Below the pieces are notes generated by a model. That model was not told the DNA's origin. It worked only from the letters and a program-made list of their open reading frames with translations, and did not search any database. Below, one piece after another: positions 11,961-25,916 of a stretch of DNA of 64,000 bases. Where the stretch lies: NCBI GenBank assembly GCA_964016885.1, contig CAXHJY010000214.1, forward strand, positions 52,823 through 116,822, given 5' to 3'. Positions within the stretch are counted from its first letter, which is position 1, and every line of letters begins with the position of its first letter. A program made the translations under genes and the position numbers. The stretch comes from Eledone cirrhosa. Taxonomy: Eukaryota.

Positions 11961-14900
11961 TTTTTATTTTCTTTCATTATTGTTTCTGAGATATATGCCG
12001 AGTGTCTTCCTGACACCTTGGGCAAATAAATTCACAGTGTGCATTGGTAAACCAGTTAATACAGCACATTGATTATAATTAAAAAAAAAAAAAACACATG
12101 TGCATATGCATATGTAAATACAAGGAGGGATATCAATCTTACAGAGATAGTGCTCTTCTCAATATGTGTGCAGTACCAGTCAAAACACTTTTTTGCACCT
12201 CGTGCAGAGAGGGTAAACCAGGAGTCATTCTCAAATATTGTTCTGTTCCTTTCTTGATCATTCCCAGTCCTCCCACAATCACTGGTATTGTAACAACCTT
12301 GAGGTGCCACATTTTCTCAATTTCAATAAGCAGATCTTTATATTTTCGTAGCTTGTCAAATTCTTTTGCCGTGATATTGTGATCACATGGGATGCTCATA
12401 TCTATCAATAAACAGGCCTTGTTATGTTGATATTTTACAATAATGTCAGGTCTATTTGCTTTTATGGTCCTGTCAGTATGTACAGGAAAGTCCCAGAGAA
12501 TTGTTACTTTTTCTCCTTCAGTTACAGCTCAGGGTCATGATTGTACTACTTGTCTTCAGCTTTGATATTGTAATGCCGACATATTACCCAGTGTAGATAT
12601 TGGCCAACTCTGTCATGTCTATATTTGTATTCTACTGGTGCTAAAACTTTACATCCAGAGACTAAGTGATCCACTGTTTCAACCTCAGCATCGCAGAATC
12701 GGCACTTTGGGTTTATTCCGTTTCTCATCACATTGGCCTGGTAATTACGAGTCAATAAGCTTTGATCTTGGGCAGCTAAGATGAAGCCTTCACTCTCCAC
12801 CTTTAGCCCTGAACTACTGATGGGTGTGCTTTTGGTCAACATCAGCTTGTTTGCTACGGGCCACATATTTGCCATGCAGAGGTTTCTGTTCCCAATTCGA
12901 TGCTAATTATCCTTGCCCTTTTGCTTTTGCCTGTGATTTTATGTGCCTAGCAGCATCAGTTGCAACAGTCTCTTTAGTCTGTCCAGCCTGGGTATCAAGC
13001 ATGAGATCAATAGCATATTTTTTGCTCTCCTTCAAGATAGAATGAAGCTTCTTACTTCTTACTTCTCTCATGCTTTTCAACAAGTTTCAGCATACAGTCG
13101 TTAGTTGTTTCAAGGTATTTGGCCAGTCAAATGATGGTGGTCTTGTAAACAAGTTCAAATTGGATCAGGCCACAGCCTCCTTGAGTTCTAGGAAGGTAAA
13201 GACGATCCATATCTGCTTTTGGGTGGTGCATCCTATTACAGGTCAGTAGCTGACGGACTTTGGTGTCAATTCTTTTGATTTCACTCATATTCCAGGTCAA
13301 CACACCGCAGCTCTAAGTGACAACTGGGACTGCCAAAGAATTTATGGCTGGCACCTTGTTATGAGCGTTTAGTTCTGATCTCAGAACTGCACGTACTCTC
13401 CTGTAACATTCTTTCCTCATCCTCTCTTTCATACTTGCATGCTGTATATCAGAACCCTCATTAATCCCTAAGTATTTATAGGTTTGTTCCTGCTCAAGTT
13501 CCTTTATGATTGTTTCAGCATCCAATTCAACTGAGTCTGAGTTAACAATATTCCCCTTCTTGAAAGTGGCTTTTGCACTCTTGTCAAGTCCAAACTCCAT
13601 CCTGATGTCATCGCTAAACGTTTTTACTGTCCGCAAAAGGCCTCCAGTTCGTCATTATCTTTGCAATATAGCTTAAAATCATCCATATAAAACAGGTGGC
13701 TTATTTTTTTGTTGTCAATTCTATAACCGTACCCTGTCCTATTAAGTTCGGATGTAAGGGGTATTAAAGCTATGCAGAAAAGCAAGGGTGAAAGTGAGTC
13801 ACCCTGGAATATACCACAGTTGATGTTTATATTCCTAGAGCACAGTACCCCAGTGGAATGAGACAATTGGAGATTTGTGTTCCATAATGACATATTGTGT
13901 TTCAGGAAGTTTGAGATCACAGGTGAGCTTTTGATGATGTCCAGTGATTTCAGAATCCATGAGTGTGGTATGCTGTCAAAGGCTTTTTTATAATCGATCC
14001 ATGCAGAACTGAGATTTCTGTGTTTATTATGATAGTTCTCAAGGATCATACGATTAATCAAAAGTTGATATTTGCAACCATATGAACCTCATCGGCACCC
14101 CTTTTGTTCAATGGGGAAAAGATTGTTCTCCTCCAAAAACACGTATGCTTTTTCCATGAGAATAGAGGTTAATAGTTTATAAGTGGTGGACAAGCAGGTT
14201 ATGGGCCGATAGATTTTTGGATCTTTGGTTTCGTTGTTCTTTGGTAGAAAGTAGGTAATGCCACTTGCTATCCAATCAGGTGTATTTTTTGGATCTTTCA
14301 TAATTTCATTAAACAGCTTGACCAATATATTGTGAGTGTACGGGAGTGAGGAAAGCCAGAAATTTGGCACCCTGTCTCTATCAGATTTCCATTTATGAGA
14401 TTTATTGAGTGCTGTCCTTAAGTCTGCTATAGAGATGTCTTCTCACGCCTGTTCTTCTAAATTTGTGTAGGATTTTTCCAGGCGACTAATCCAATCTACA
14501 TTAGCATTATATGTTTTCTCATCACTCCAAATCTTACTCCAGAAGTTTTCAACTTCTTCTAATTATTTTTTCTTCCCTACTTCTCTATAAAATGACTCGG
14601 CATTGGATGAAAGCAACTTATTTTGCCCGTAGAAGTTGTTTCGCTTCTCGAATCTACGAATTCGTTGGGCTTTTACTTGGACTTTTTGTTTCAGAGATTC
14701 TTTTGTTGAAACTATTGCTTCTCTAGAAGACAGTCCATATTTTCTCTTTAGCTTTCTTACCTTCTTGGATCTTATATCATTTCCAGCGGCTAACTCACTC
14801 AATAAAGATATTTCTCCTCTCATTACGACAATTTCCTTTTCGATTCTACTCCTCCAAATTGGTTTACCTCGAAGGTTCAACTTTTTTTGTTTTTTTGGTG

Positions 14901-15204
14901 GTAAACAACTTGTTTCAATTACTCTAGCAGATGCATAAATGATTTCATTTAACTCAGTAAGATCAGGTTCTAGTTCTTCTATGATTTCTTTTGTCACAGA
15001 ATTACCAATCATTATTTGTTTTCTATTTTGGATTGTATTTGGGAGTTTTTGAAGTGGTGCTCTATCATTTATACTAGAATGTCTTACTACTGCAAGCTCA
15101 TTCAGTATTTTTTGCTTTAATTCCTTCATAGTCTCCCTGCGTTCTTCAGCAGATGTTTGGTTTTCAATTACTGTTTCTAAGTCCCTCTCCTGGCTATTTT
15201 CCAT
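11941..15204 (-). mobile_element. R4/Dong-like non-LTR retrotransposon (RT + CCHC + restriction-like endonuclease), degenerate and 5' truncated
   Basis: Frameshifted ORFs with YRPITCL, WIDYKKAFDS, GIFQGDSLSP, YMDD, CRFC..DHLVSGC, NRPDI, EIEKMWHL. The 3' end terminates in (TAA)n at about 11941-11960. Confidence 0.88.
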
Positions 15205-15291
15205 GTGCCAAAAGCAGAAACAATTATTATTATAATAGTAGTATGTAATTTAAAAGACAATATATCATTAATAAAAAGTTAATATGTTCAC

Positions 15292-15420
15292 CTTTTTAGG
15301 TAAAACTTGCTGTGTGGCATTTTGCAGAACTGTGATCACATGACTTTTTATGAGAGTAAGTGCTCTGGATAAGCATTGCTTAAATCGTGCCAAATACACT
15401 TGAGATTCTCGATAACGAGA
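15292..15420 (-). CDS. COG3: COG3 exon 7
   Basis: cag|SRYRESQVYLARFKQCLSRALTLIKSHVITVLQNATQQVLPKK|gtgaac; 129 nt; FKQCLS motif. Confidence 0.95.
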
Positions 15421-15702
15421 CTGAAAAGAGATTTTGTAAAATTATTAATAATCAAAATGAAAAAAAATAAGTAGTTATTATAAATCTAAACATGCAGTTA
15501 AAATTCAAACATTTGTGATTAAATTTATAAAAATAAAAATGACAGTTAATATGATTTTAAACAACAAAAAAAAAGTCCTAATCATTTTGCTACCAAACAC
15601 AACTTCACCACCATCATCATCGATTTAGATATTTCTTAAGAGACTGCATTCCCATCTAACTCAACAACACATATTTAAAAAAAAAAAGAGTTAACTACTC
15701 AC

Positions 15703-15795
15703 ATTACTTGCAATATATAATATGCATTCATCTAGCCGTGCTAACATGTGTACAAAGGAGTCATTGGTGACTGAAAAAACAGGGGAACCCAATTT
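15703..15795 (-). CDS. COG3: COG3 exon 6
   Basis: cag|KLGSPVFSVTNDSFVHMLARLDECILYIASN|gtgagt; 93 nt. Confidence 0.95.
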
Positions 15796-16359
15796 CTGAA
15801 AAAAAAATTAAAATAAATAAAAAAACATAATCAAAATATAAAAACAAGAGAATTTGTAAAACATAGCAAAAATTGATTTTTATTAGAGACTTTCAACCTG
15901 AAAAGTTAATGCAATAGGGAAATGTATTTACTACATGAAAAAATTAGCATATAGTAAAATACTTCCTGAACCCATTTCCTCTCTTGCGTTTGTTTATTTG
16001 GCCTCGCCATGCTTTGCTTTCTCTCTAGCTTAACTCAGAGCTTAACATTTCTACCCACACTCCCTTTTGTAATGGTGTTTATTACACATATTTACTACCT
16101 CTTACTTAAACTTAGTTAATGTTATATATAGGGAAAAAGTTTATCTCACTAGTGCTGTTTTGAAAAGCCAGTAGCTTTGGTAAAATTTTAAAAGAAACAG
16201 TCACTATTAATAATAAACATTATGTTGACTTTATAAAGTATATGTGAGTCCTCCACTCAGTGCATGTTAAGTGTATATATTAAACAAATGATAATACAAG
16301 TTCATTTCATTCATTCATTTCATTTTACGTCCGCTTTTTCCCTGCTTGCAAGGACATAT

Positions 16360-17545
16360 GTAATACTTTTCCCAGGCAAGAAACCAAACTGCATCTCATC
16401 TATTTTGACTTTTTCCTAATTATCTGCGCTATAACTCTTTCTATCACTTTCATAACTTGAACCATTAGTTTTATTCCTCTATAGTTGCTCCTTTTTAGAG
16501 CATCACCTTTGCCCTTGTAGCAATTTATGATTATACTGCTGCACCAGACATTGGGTATGACTCCGTCATGTATTACTTGATTTACTATATGGGTTACTAG
16601 TTTGACTCCTACCCCTCCCAATGCTTTTAGTATGTCAGCAAGTATTTTTTATGATCCCACAGCTTTACTATTCTTATCTCCTTGATTGCATCATTGACCT
16701 TAACACTATCAACTTCAATAGCTTGTCCTTCCTTTTGGTAAGTTGGGGGTAGTTTCTCTTCTGCCCATTCATTCTCTACATTCATCAATCTCTCATAGTG
16801 ACATTTCGAGGCCTCTTTCTTTTGAGTATCAGTGGTGCTAAATGCACTAGCGTAATTTCAAACACATTTTTCCCCAACAACATCTCAATTCACACTAACA
16901 CAATGCCTTGCAATACAGAACACTTCACGTCTATAGACATTGATAAATTCTTCAGCCTCTCTCCGAGCTGTTGCCTAGCTTCTTTCTTAGCTACTTGGTA
17001 CCGGTCTCTGCTACCCCCATTTTTCCACTATTTCCATACCTGTATCTTGGCTTTAATGGCTATATGTACTGTGCTGTTCCACCACCAGGTCACCCTCTGT
17101 CTGGTTGGCGCTTTTCTCCAGCTGCAAGTCTCGCCAGAAGTTCACAAAAAGTTGTCGCATAAGAATTTCCAGTTGTCCTCTATGTTATATGTATCTAGCT
17201 CATCATCTATCTCATCAAGTACATCCTGTAGGGCCTTTCTAAACTTATATTTAACTGAGAGGTCCTTTAGCTTTCACACCCTCCATCTCTATATTTTCCT
17301 GCGTGTCTTGTTCTGTCTTTTGTTTATTTTGATGTCACTAATAATTAACTTGTACTGGGCAATGCATTCTTCCCCGGGGAAGGCCTTAGTTTTTATTAGA
17401 GTCCGTTTATCTTGTTGTCTAACGAGTAAGTAATCGATTTGGCTTGTGTGTTCACCTGACTGATATGAAATCAGGTGGCTGGTTGGTTTCCTGAAATGTG
17501 TGTTGTAGATGGTTAGTTCAGTTGCATCACAGCATTCCAGGAGTC
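16360..17545 (-). mobile_element. Degenerate RTE LINE fragment (APE C-terminus to RT start)
   Basis: CYKGKGDALKRSNYRGIKL; reverse strand near 17430-17500 reads like NTHFRKP...SQIDYLL of an AP endonuclease. Confidence 0.75.
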
Positions 17546-17559
17546 TTAGCCCCTCTTCA

Positions 17560-18015
17560 TTCCTTGAGCCATAACCATAGCCACTATGAACTCCACTGCA
17601 TTCATACTGGTACTGTCCAGCATGTCCATTGAAGTGTTGCTATGGGAAAAGCTGAGGGAACACAACAAACTACATGTCTTTCCAGTCGTTTGTTCCATGG
17701 CAAAGGTCATGAGGTCATCTTTTCTCCACTGCATCATTCCGATTTGCAGCCGATCGAGCTCATATGGGCCATTGTCAAGGGAGAAGTGGAAAGACAGTAC
17801 ACCACAAACACCACCTTCGAGCAAGTGATGGCATGACTGTATGCATCATTTCAGAATGTGGAGAGCAAAATGGTCCCAGGATGCATTACAAAGCTAATTC
17901 TCATCCGAACACACTTTACAAGCCACTGAAGCTGATGAAGAGTCCGAAGATGAAATCATTAATGGTGAAAGTGATATTTCAGGCAGTAATGATGAAGATA
18001 ACTTCAATAAATGAT
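17560..18015 (+). mobile_element. IS630/Tc1-family transposase remnant
   Basis: GHEVIFSPLHHSDLQPIELIWAIVKGEV corresponds to the (P/Y)..DLNPIE.W motif; frameshifted. Confidence 0.7.
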
Positions 18016-18431
18016 AAAGTACACTAGTTATGACCTTGCTTTCTTTTATTTTCTCTCAAAATCGAATAATGATCATAACTTTTGAACCAGAATTGCAAAA
18101 CTACCAAACTATAATTTATTCTATTCATCAAAGCTATATTTTTCTCCAAATAACATCAAAGCATTGTGTTAAAAAACAGCCTCAATGGTGTCACGGACTG
18201 TCAATACTAACTATTATTCATGTGTGTCTGTTCAGTGAAATGATAGATTTTGTGTTCAACATAACATTATTTACTTTCTTTCTCCTGTAAATAAATATTT
18301 CGCATGACTTGCATTGTTTAATACACACACACATGTACATACACTTACATGGACACACACACAGGCACAAGCACACAAACACACATTCTCGCTCTATTTA
18401 TCTATGTCTGTTTGTCGTCATCCCTCTCTCC

Positions 18432-18464
<33 letters not shown>

Positions 18465-18995
18465 ATCTGAATTTTTCGAATATTAATAATTGTTTCTACT
18501 TTAGGCACAAGGCCAGCAATTACCCAGTGCATTACTGGTACTTTATTTTATCGACCCCGTAAGGATGAAAGGCAAAGTCAACCTCGGCGGGATTTGAACT
18601 TAGATCGTAAAGGGACGTAACTATGCTGGAAAGCATGGCGTCCGACCCTCTACCGATACTGCCAATCCACCTCCACGACCACTTTGCAGTGGAATGATAG
18701 GGACCCCGGTCCCTATCATCTCATTTCTACAGCTGAGTAAACTGGAGCAATGTGAAATAAAGTGTCTTGCTCAAGGAAACAACACATTACCCGGTCTGAG
18801 AATTGAACTCACAACCTCTCGATTGCAAGGCCAATGCTCTAACCACTAAGCCATATATATATATATATATATATTTGAGGACCGTCTGCTATTGATATAA
18901 CACCATATTGGCAGGCTGTACCTGAATCGAACTTTCTATTTTCTATTTTTTCTTCTATCTCCCATCTGCTATTTTATGTTTGGGTTCAATGTAAT

Positions 18996-19352
18996 CATCA
19001 TCATCATCATTTTACGTCCGCTTTTCTCTGCTTGCAAGGGTGGGACGGGAACTGATTCTGGCTTGATTTCTACAGCTGGATGCCATTCCTAACACCAACC
19101 TCATTTACAGTGAGTGCTGGATGCTTTTTTTCCGTGGCGCCTACACGATCACTTTACAGTGTGGGCTGGGTGCTTTTTTGCCGTGGCACCTCCATGACCA
19201 CTTTGCAGTGGAATGATAGGGACTCCAGTCCCTATCATCTCATTTCTACAGCTGAGTAAACTGGAGCAATGTGAAATAAAGTGTCTTGCTCAAGGAAACA
19301 ACACATCACCCGGTCTGAAAATTGAACTCACAACCTTTCGATTGCAAGGCCA
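18996..19352 (-). mobile_element. SINE family A, inverted copy with an internal duplication
   Basis: Reverse complement of 35250-35560. A further partial inverted copy lies at 18670-18853. Confidence 0.8.
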
Positions 19353-19357
19353 ATATA

Positions 19358-19734
19358 TATCAGAGTTTTCCTTCTCCTAGAATTCTGCCTGCAACCTGAT
19401 GGTATCCAATGATGTTGACTTGTTCTTCTTTTTGGTAAATATCATCTTGGTTAAGAGAGTGGGACTGGCTTTGTGCAGTGCCTTTGCTCACTATAAAAGC
19501 TTCACGGCACAGGCATTGCTTTATATCTGGAGATCTCTCTGCACTTGTCATCACATGGTACCATGGGCCCAGCACTATGTGTCAATAATTGTCACAGGTG
19601 TAGTGTTTGTACCAGAGTTTTCAAGTCGCTGGCTGGACTAAAAAGTCACACTCGTTCAGCGCATCGGTAGGGCTTCTCCTACATGGATATAAAGTAGTGG
19701 CCGTACTCGAAAACGAGTTGGCAGCCACCACACC
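19358..19734 (+). mobile_element. 5'-truncated copy of the same RTE-derived element, with a short 5' inversion
   Basis: Matches 55840-56183; its first 30 or so nt are the reverse complement of 55804-55837; TA tracts on both sides. Confidence 0.75.
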
Positions 19735-19910
19735 ATATATATATATATATATAAAATGAAGTATTTCCGTAGGAAAGGTAAAGGAAAAGAGAGTGCTCTA
19801 TGTAGGCTACAGAGCTTTTTAGTTATGTAATAAACAACATAAGATAATTATTTCATTTACCAGTGGTTTCTTGAAGACAGATATTTATGTCTGTCTTCAT
19901 TCATCAGGAA

Positions 19911-20038
<128 letters not shown>

Positions 20039-20186
20039 ATATATATATATATACATATATATGTAGGAGGTGAGTTTTATTGTAGTACAATAAAGCAATG
20101 CAGATATCGGATAAGAAGCACTCTACAGTTTGTAGGACTGGAGTATACATAATATAAGATCAAAAGATGGTTAAAGGAGTTCCATG

Positions 20187-20257
20187 TATTTTATTATGCG
20201 CATTTCAAAAACAAACATCATCATGCAATAATATTTGTGTTTTCATCAGATAAAACA
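20187..20257 (-). ncRNA. Minimal type-I hammerhead ribozyme motif (PLE inverted pLTR)
   Basis: Minus strand: tgttttat-CTGATGA-aaacacaaatattatt(gcat)gatgatgtttgttttt-GAAA-TGCGCATA-ataaaata. 8-bp stem I, long stem II, palindromic TGCGCA stem III. Confidence 0.82.
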
Positions 20258-20353
20258 GGAGAACATGATATGAAGGCTAAAAAACACTTGTGGATAGTGC
20301 AGTTTTAAATCAACATATGAAAAGTGGTTTTAGATTGATGTGTGATATTGGGA

Positions 20354-20762
20354 AAAATATTTTATTTAGAGAGGGGGGGGGGAAGGATGAAAAAGGGGAG
20401 GAGATGAGAGGGAGAGATGGGTGATAGAGAGAAAGAGATAGTTTTTATAACTGAGAGAAGATATATTGTTTTACATAGAGAGGTTGAAAACCGTTGGAAG
20501 ATAATGTATAAATTAAAAGAATTTGAAAATTAACGAAGGGAAGATATGTACGAGGAAAAAATATTTTATTTAGGGAGGGGGGGTGGAAAGGATGAAAAAA
20601 GGGGGAGGAGATGAGAGTGAAGGTGGAGAGGGAGAGATGGGTGATAGAGAGAAAGAGATAGTTTTTATAACTGAGAAAAGATATATTGTTTTACATAGAG
20701 AGGTTGAGAACCGTTGGAAGATAATGTATAAATTAAAAGAATTTGAAAATTAACGAAGGGAA
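20354..20762. repeat. About 190-240-bp direct duplication in the PLE inverted region
   Basis: GAGGGAGAGATGGGTGATAG...TTTGAAAATTAACGAAGGGAA occurs at about 20408-20541 and 20628-20762. Confidence 0.85.
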
Positions 20763-20988
20763 TTTATGTATGAAGATAGAGAGAAAAAATAATAATTGTG
20801 GATGAATATTCTAACGTCAAAAAAAGTGTATGTTGATAAGTATTGTGGCAATTTCAAAATTAACGAAGAGAAAAAAAAATTATTAAGGTTTGTGTGTAGA
20901 AGGATTTGAGAAAAATAATGTGAAGTTAAAGTTTGTATATTGAAGGAATTGATAATATGTGCGAATAAAGAGTTAATATGTATTAAGA

Positions 20989-22740
20989 ATGAGTTCGTTG
21001 AACACAATTTCTAACCTAAATTCCTCAAAAAATGTTTTAGTCCACTCTGACAAAACCAATAACTTATATGGTATTTCCAAGGATAATTATAACAACCTTA
21101 TCCTAAAGGAACTTAGGAAAAAGTATCGTAAAACCAACCATGAAAATTTAGAATACATAAACCTTGAAGCCTCTGAGATTATGTCAAAACTTGGCATTGA
21201 AAAAAAGACCGAACCATTCCTCCCAAGAACTCCGAGGATAAATCTCAAGGATCACAAAAACAATTTTCGCACCGAACTACCTGTTAGATTAATCGCCCCC
21301 TCTAAATCTGATCTGGGGGTTGTTAGTAAAGCCATCTTGGATAGAATTATCCCACAGGTTAGTTCTAATTGCTCTTCTTTGAACCTAAATTTATGGTTTG
21401 GTACTTCTGAGGTGATTGGCTGGTTCAACAAATTGGATAATAAAAACAAACTAAAATTTATTCAATTTGATATTGCCAGCTACTATTCCTCCATTTCGCC
21501 TTCACTTCTCAATAATGCTCTATCTTTCGCACTTAAATATTCTGACATCACCACAGATAAACTTCACATCATCCTCACCGCACGTAAAACCATCCTAGAG
21601 TTCAACAACGAATATTGGACCAGAGCCGATACCTCTAACAACTTCGACATCACAATGGGAGCATCTGATTCATCCCAATTGACTGATTTAATTGGTATCT
21701 TCATTTTGAACTCTTTGAGTCGGAAAATTCCTCAACTTCGCGGTGGAATTTATCGTGACGATGGACTCTTTACTATCCTAAATTGCAATATAGTTAACCT
21801 TAATATTATTAAGAACAATATACGTAATCTCTTTAACCAACATAACCTAAAAATTGAATTTGATAATAGTATCAAACTAGCTAATTTCTTGGATGTATCT
21901 CTTAATCTTAACACTGGCCTATATTACCCTTACCATAAAAACAATGAGAACCTAAATTATGTTAACTTTAAATCTAACCATCCTACCAATATCAAGAATG
22001 CTATAGTTAGTAATATTGGAAAAAGAATATTTAACATATCTTCTAATAAAAACATATTTGATGCTAACGCCAATTACTATAATAATGCACTTTCTAAAGC
22101 CGGCTATCCAGATAAAATCAAATATAGTAAAGAAACAAATTCTAGAAAAACTTACAGTAGAATAATTAATCATGATCATTCCAATAATTTTAATAAAAGA
22201 CCTAGATACAAAAACATAATCTGGTATAATGCTCCTTTTTCCATCTCTATTAATAACAATATTCCTAAATTATTTTTTAGTGCCTTAAATAAATGCTTCC
22301 CTCCCTCACATATCTATAGTAAAATATTTAACAAACACACCATCAAATTTTCTTATTCTACATCCTCCAATATTTCCAACATCATCTCTAAACACAACAA
22401 TAAAATACTAAATCTCTTCCTTCCAACATTGAATTTCATAATAACAGTAATAGTACTCCCGACGTCATTGTAAACCCTAGGCTAACTTCTGTAAACCCAA
22501 ATACAACGTCAAACACAACTTCGCTAAATGTCCATAATCCAACTCTAAATCAAGAAACTATTATTCCTATTATTCCTATCGCAAACAACTTCTCCAATCC
22601 AATTCCTTCTATAGATAACACTAGGTCACTCATTAATAATCTCTCTAATTGCAACTGCCGCATTAAAAATAAATGTCCTCTCAACAACCATTGTCTCGAT
22701 AAAAACTTAATTTATGAATGTAAAGTTATAACTAGCACCA
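20989..22740 (+). mobile_element. Penelope-like element 1: RT ORF (5' truncated, frameshifted) plus start of the CxC/GIY-YIG region
   Basis: ORF 20989-22473 with QFDIASYY, ITMGASDS and YRDDGL RT motifs and the PLE thumb (YVNFKSNHP). After a frameshift, CNCRIKNKCPLNNHCLDKNLIYECKV at about 22650-22730. Confidence 0.9.
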
Positions 22741-25411
22741 ATAGCAAAAACATTCTTGACAGGGTGATACAGCAAATTAAGAACTTGGATTGTGTATCTA
22801 ACCTGAGCTTGTGGAAGGGAACTGGAGAGGTTGTTGAGTGGTTTAGGCAAATTAAATATAACAATAATAATAGGTTTATTCAACTTGATATAGCTAACTA
22901 TTATTCTTCTATTACCCCTAGTCTACTAAATAAGGCACTAAATTACGCATTCAAACATACGGACCTAACTAGCAAAGAAATGCATATTATATTATCGGCT
23001 AGGAAAACTTTGATAGAATTTAATGACAAATTATGGACCAGAGCAGATAGAGATAGCAATTTTGACATAACTATGGGATCTTCCGACTCAGCTCAGGTTA
23101 CTGACCTTGTGGGCTTATTTTTAATCAATTCGCTGCATAGGAAAATACCTGGTACTACCGGAGGTTTATATAGGGATGACATGCTTTTACTTATTAATAA
23201 TAATAACCCTGAACTAAATAGAAAATGTAAACAAATTACAAAATTTTTTAATTACTTTAACCTTAAAATAGAAATTGAGAACAACCATAGAATAGTCAAT
23301 TTCCTAGATATAACATTAAATCTCAACACATGTCTCCACTATCCTTTTCACAAGTTGAATGAAAACTTAAACTATGTCAACTTTAACTCTAACCACCCCA
23401 GATCTGTCATAAACACTATAGTAAACTCAGTCCAAAAACGTATCTCTAGGATCTCGTCGAATAGAAAGATTTTTGACGAAAAGGCCCAGTACTATAATGA
23501 TGCACTAGCTAGGGCAGGGTATGCTGATAAGATTGTGTACATAGATAATGATAGACAAACTAAACAAAGTAACAACTTTTTTAATTACGGCAACAACATT
23601 AACAACTATAATAGAAAGCATTACAATAATTCCAAAGGACAAAAAAGAAATAGAACCAGGAACATAATTTGGTTTGCCCCCCCTTTCTCACTAAACATTA
23701 AAACCCACATCGCTAAATTATTTTTCAAAGCTCTTGATAATCGCTTCCCTAGAACACATAGGTATCACTCAATCTTCAATAGGCATACAATTAAATTAAC
23801 CTACTCATCCACCAAAAATTTAGCACAAAATATTAATAGAATAAATAATAGGAACTTAAAACCTACTGATAATAGCATAAATAATATACAAGTTAACAAA
23901 TGTAACTGTAGAGATAGATCTAAATGTCCGTTAAATAACAACTGCTTAGTTAAAAATATAGTATACAATTGTAATGTTAATACTGACTCTAATTCTTTTA
24001 ACTACGTCGGTTCCACATCGACGGAATTTAAACTTCGCTATAATAACCACAAGAATTCTTTCACAGATCCAAATAAAAAATTTTCAACGGCACTATCAGG
24101 CGTACTCTGGCAACTTAAGCTAGATAACGTTAGATATTCGACGGCTTGGAATATAGTCTCAAGAGGGATTCCTTTTAATTCATCCTCTGAGACATGTGAC
24201 CTCTGCGCAGAGGAGATATTCTTTATACTAAAATCTAAAAATTCCCTTAACCTACGGACAAATTTATTCAGTTGTTGCAAACATAGATTAAACTCAACGT
24301 TTAAATATAAATTTAAATTTAAAATGTAGTATATTTAGTTTGATTTATATTTATATGAGAACTAGCCGATAAATATTTTTTGATTCCTAAATCTTTGATT
24401 CCCTCTTTTTACTCTTTTTTTATTGTTTATTTTATTTTATTTATTTTTATTTTTATTTTTATTTTTATCTAAACACTCCTCATGAAAAATTAAGCTACCC
24501 TAAAAGCCGATGCTCCAAATTTTTTGAATTAACCTTACACTAGATAAACTTCTATATTAAATATAGGAACATATGTAGACATAATTGGACATCATAATCT
24601 TTTTGAGATGTTCTTTGCTAGATGTGATTTGATAGATAATTTTTGGCTTTGTCTTGTAATGAACTTGGCAATATATTGTCAATTAACTTTGAAGGGTTGT
24701 TCTTTGTGGTTTATTTTTATTTTTATTTTTATTTTTATTTTTATTCTTTTAGTATTGTAGTATTCTATAATATTTTTTATTTTTTATTTTTAATATTATT
24801 TTTAATATTTTTAATATCTTTAATATGTAAATTTTTAATACGTAATATTTTTTAATACGTAGTATTTTTAATATGCAATATTTTTATTATGTAATATTCT
24901 TTCGTAATATTTTTTTAGTTTTCTATTCTATATTTTTACTTATTATTATTATTATTGTTATCTTTTTATTTTTAGTTTTGTTTATAATATAATATATATT
25001 TTTGATTAGTATATTGAAATCTGCTCTCTATTTCTGCTTGATAGATAATCTTGTAGAGTAATCGCAAGAATAATAATACGCTCAAATTTTTATACCACAT
25101 TGAGAATGTTTTCCGGTAACCTAGAGTTTGCAGAGTGAATCAGTTGGATTCACATTGATGTTTGTAGCTGTCACATAAACATATGAATTTTTTAAAACTA
25201 AACATAAGATAATGAATTTTCACACATTATGGGTACTTGTTTCATTCAGGAATACTGATATTTACAATATAGTGTAAGTTTTATAAATACTAATACATTA
25301 AAACATAGGGTTTTCTACGCCTCGAATATGTCTGGCTATTTTTAAATTTTTTTTCTCTCTCTATATCTCTCTATATCTCTCTATATATCTCCCTTACATT
25401 AATACTTGAGC

Positions 25412-25442
<31 letters not shown>

Positions 25443-25916
25443 ATGTATCATTGATACACTTACTCAAAATGACCTCCCACTACCTAATTTTCTATATATA
25501 TATATGTATCTATCTCTATTTCCTCTCTCTATATATATATATATATCTCTTTCTGTTTCTTTACATGAAGCTCTTCGCTTTATCTATTTTTCCATCTCTC
25601 TATTTTGTTCCATGCATTTCTTCTTTTTCTCTTTTCTTCTTTTTCTTCCTTTTCTTCGTTTTGTCTTTCTTTCTTTTTTCTCTCTTTTTTCTCTCTTTTT
25701 TTTCTCTCTTTCTTTCTCTCTGTATTTTCACTGCTAGCGTAAACCTCTTCAAATGAAGTCGATGTTTATCACGGTATGTCGAATATATTTATCTATAAAA
25801 CTGTTTATATTGTATTTTGTCTGATGAAGGCATAGCATATTGTTAATATGATATCCCCGAAATATATATAATGAAATAAATATGGTTTTATAAATATAGT
25901 TTTCCATTTATTTAAT

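Noticed and set aside
16798-17433. Long plus-strand ORFs here and at 36633-37574, and the minus ORF at 27649-28269
   Set aside because: Antisense shadows of LINE coding sequence.
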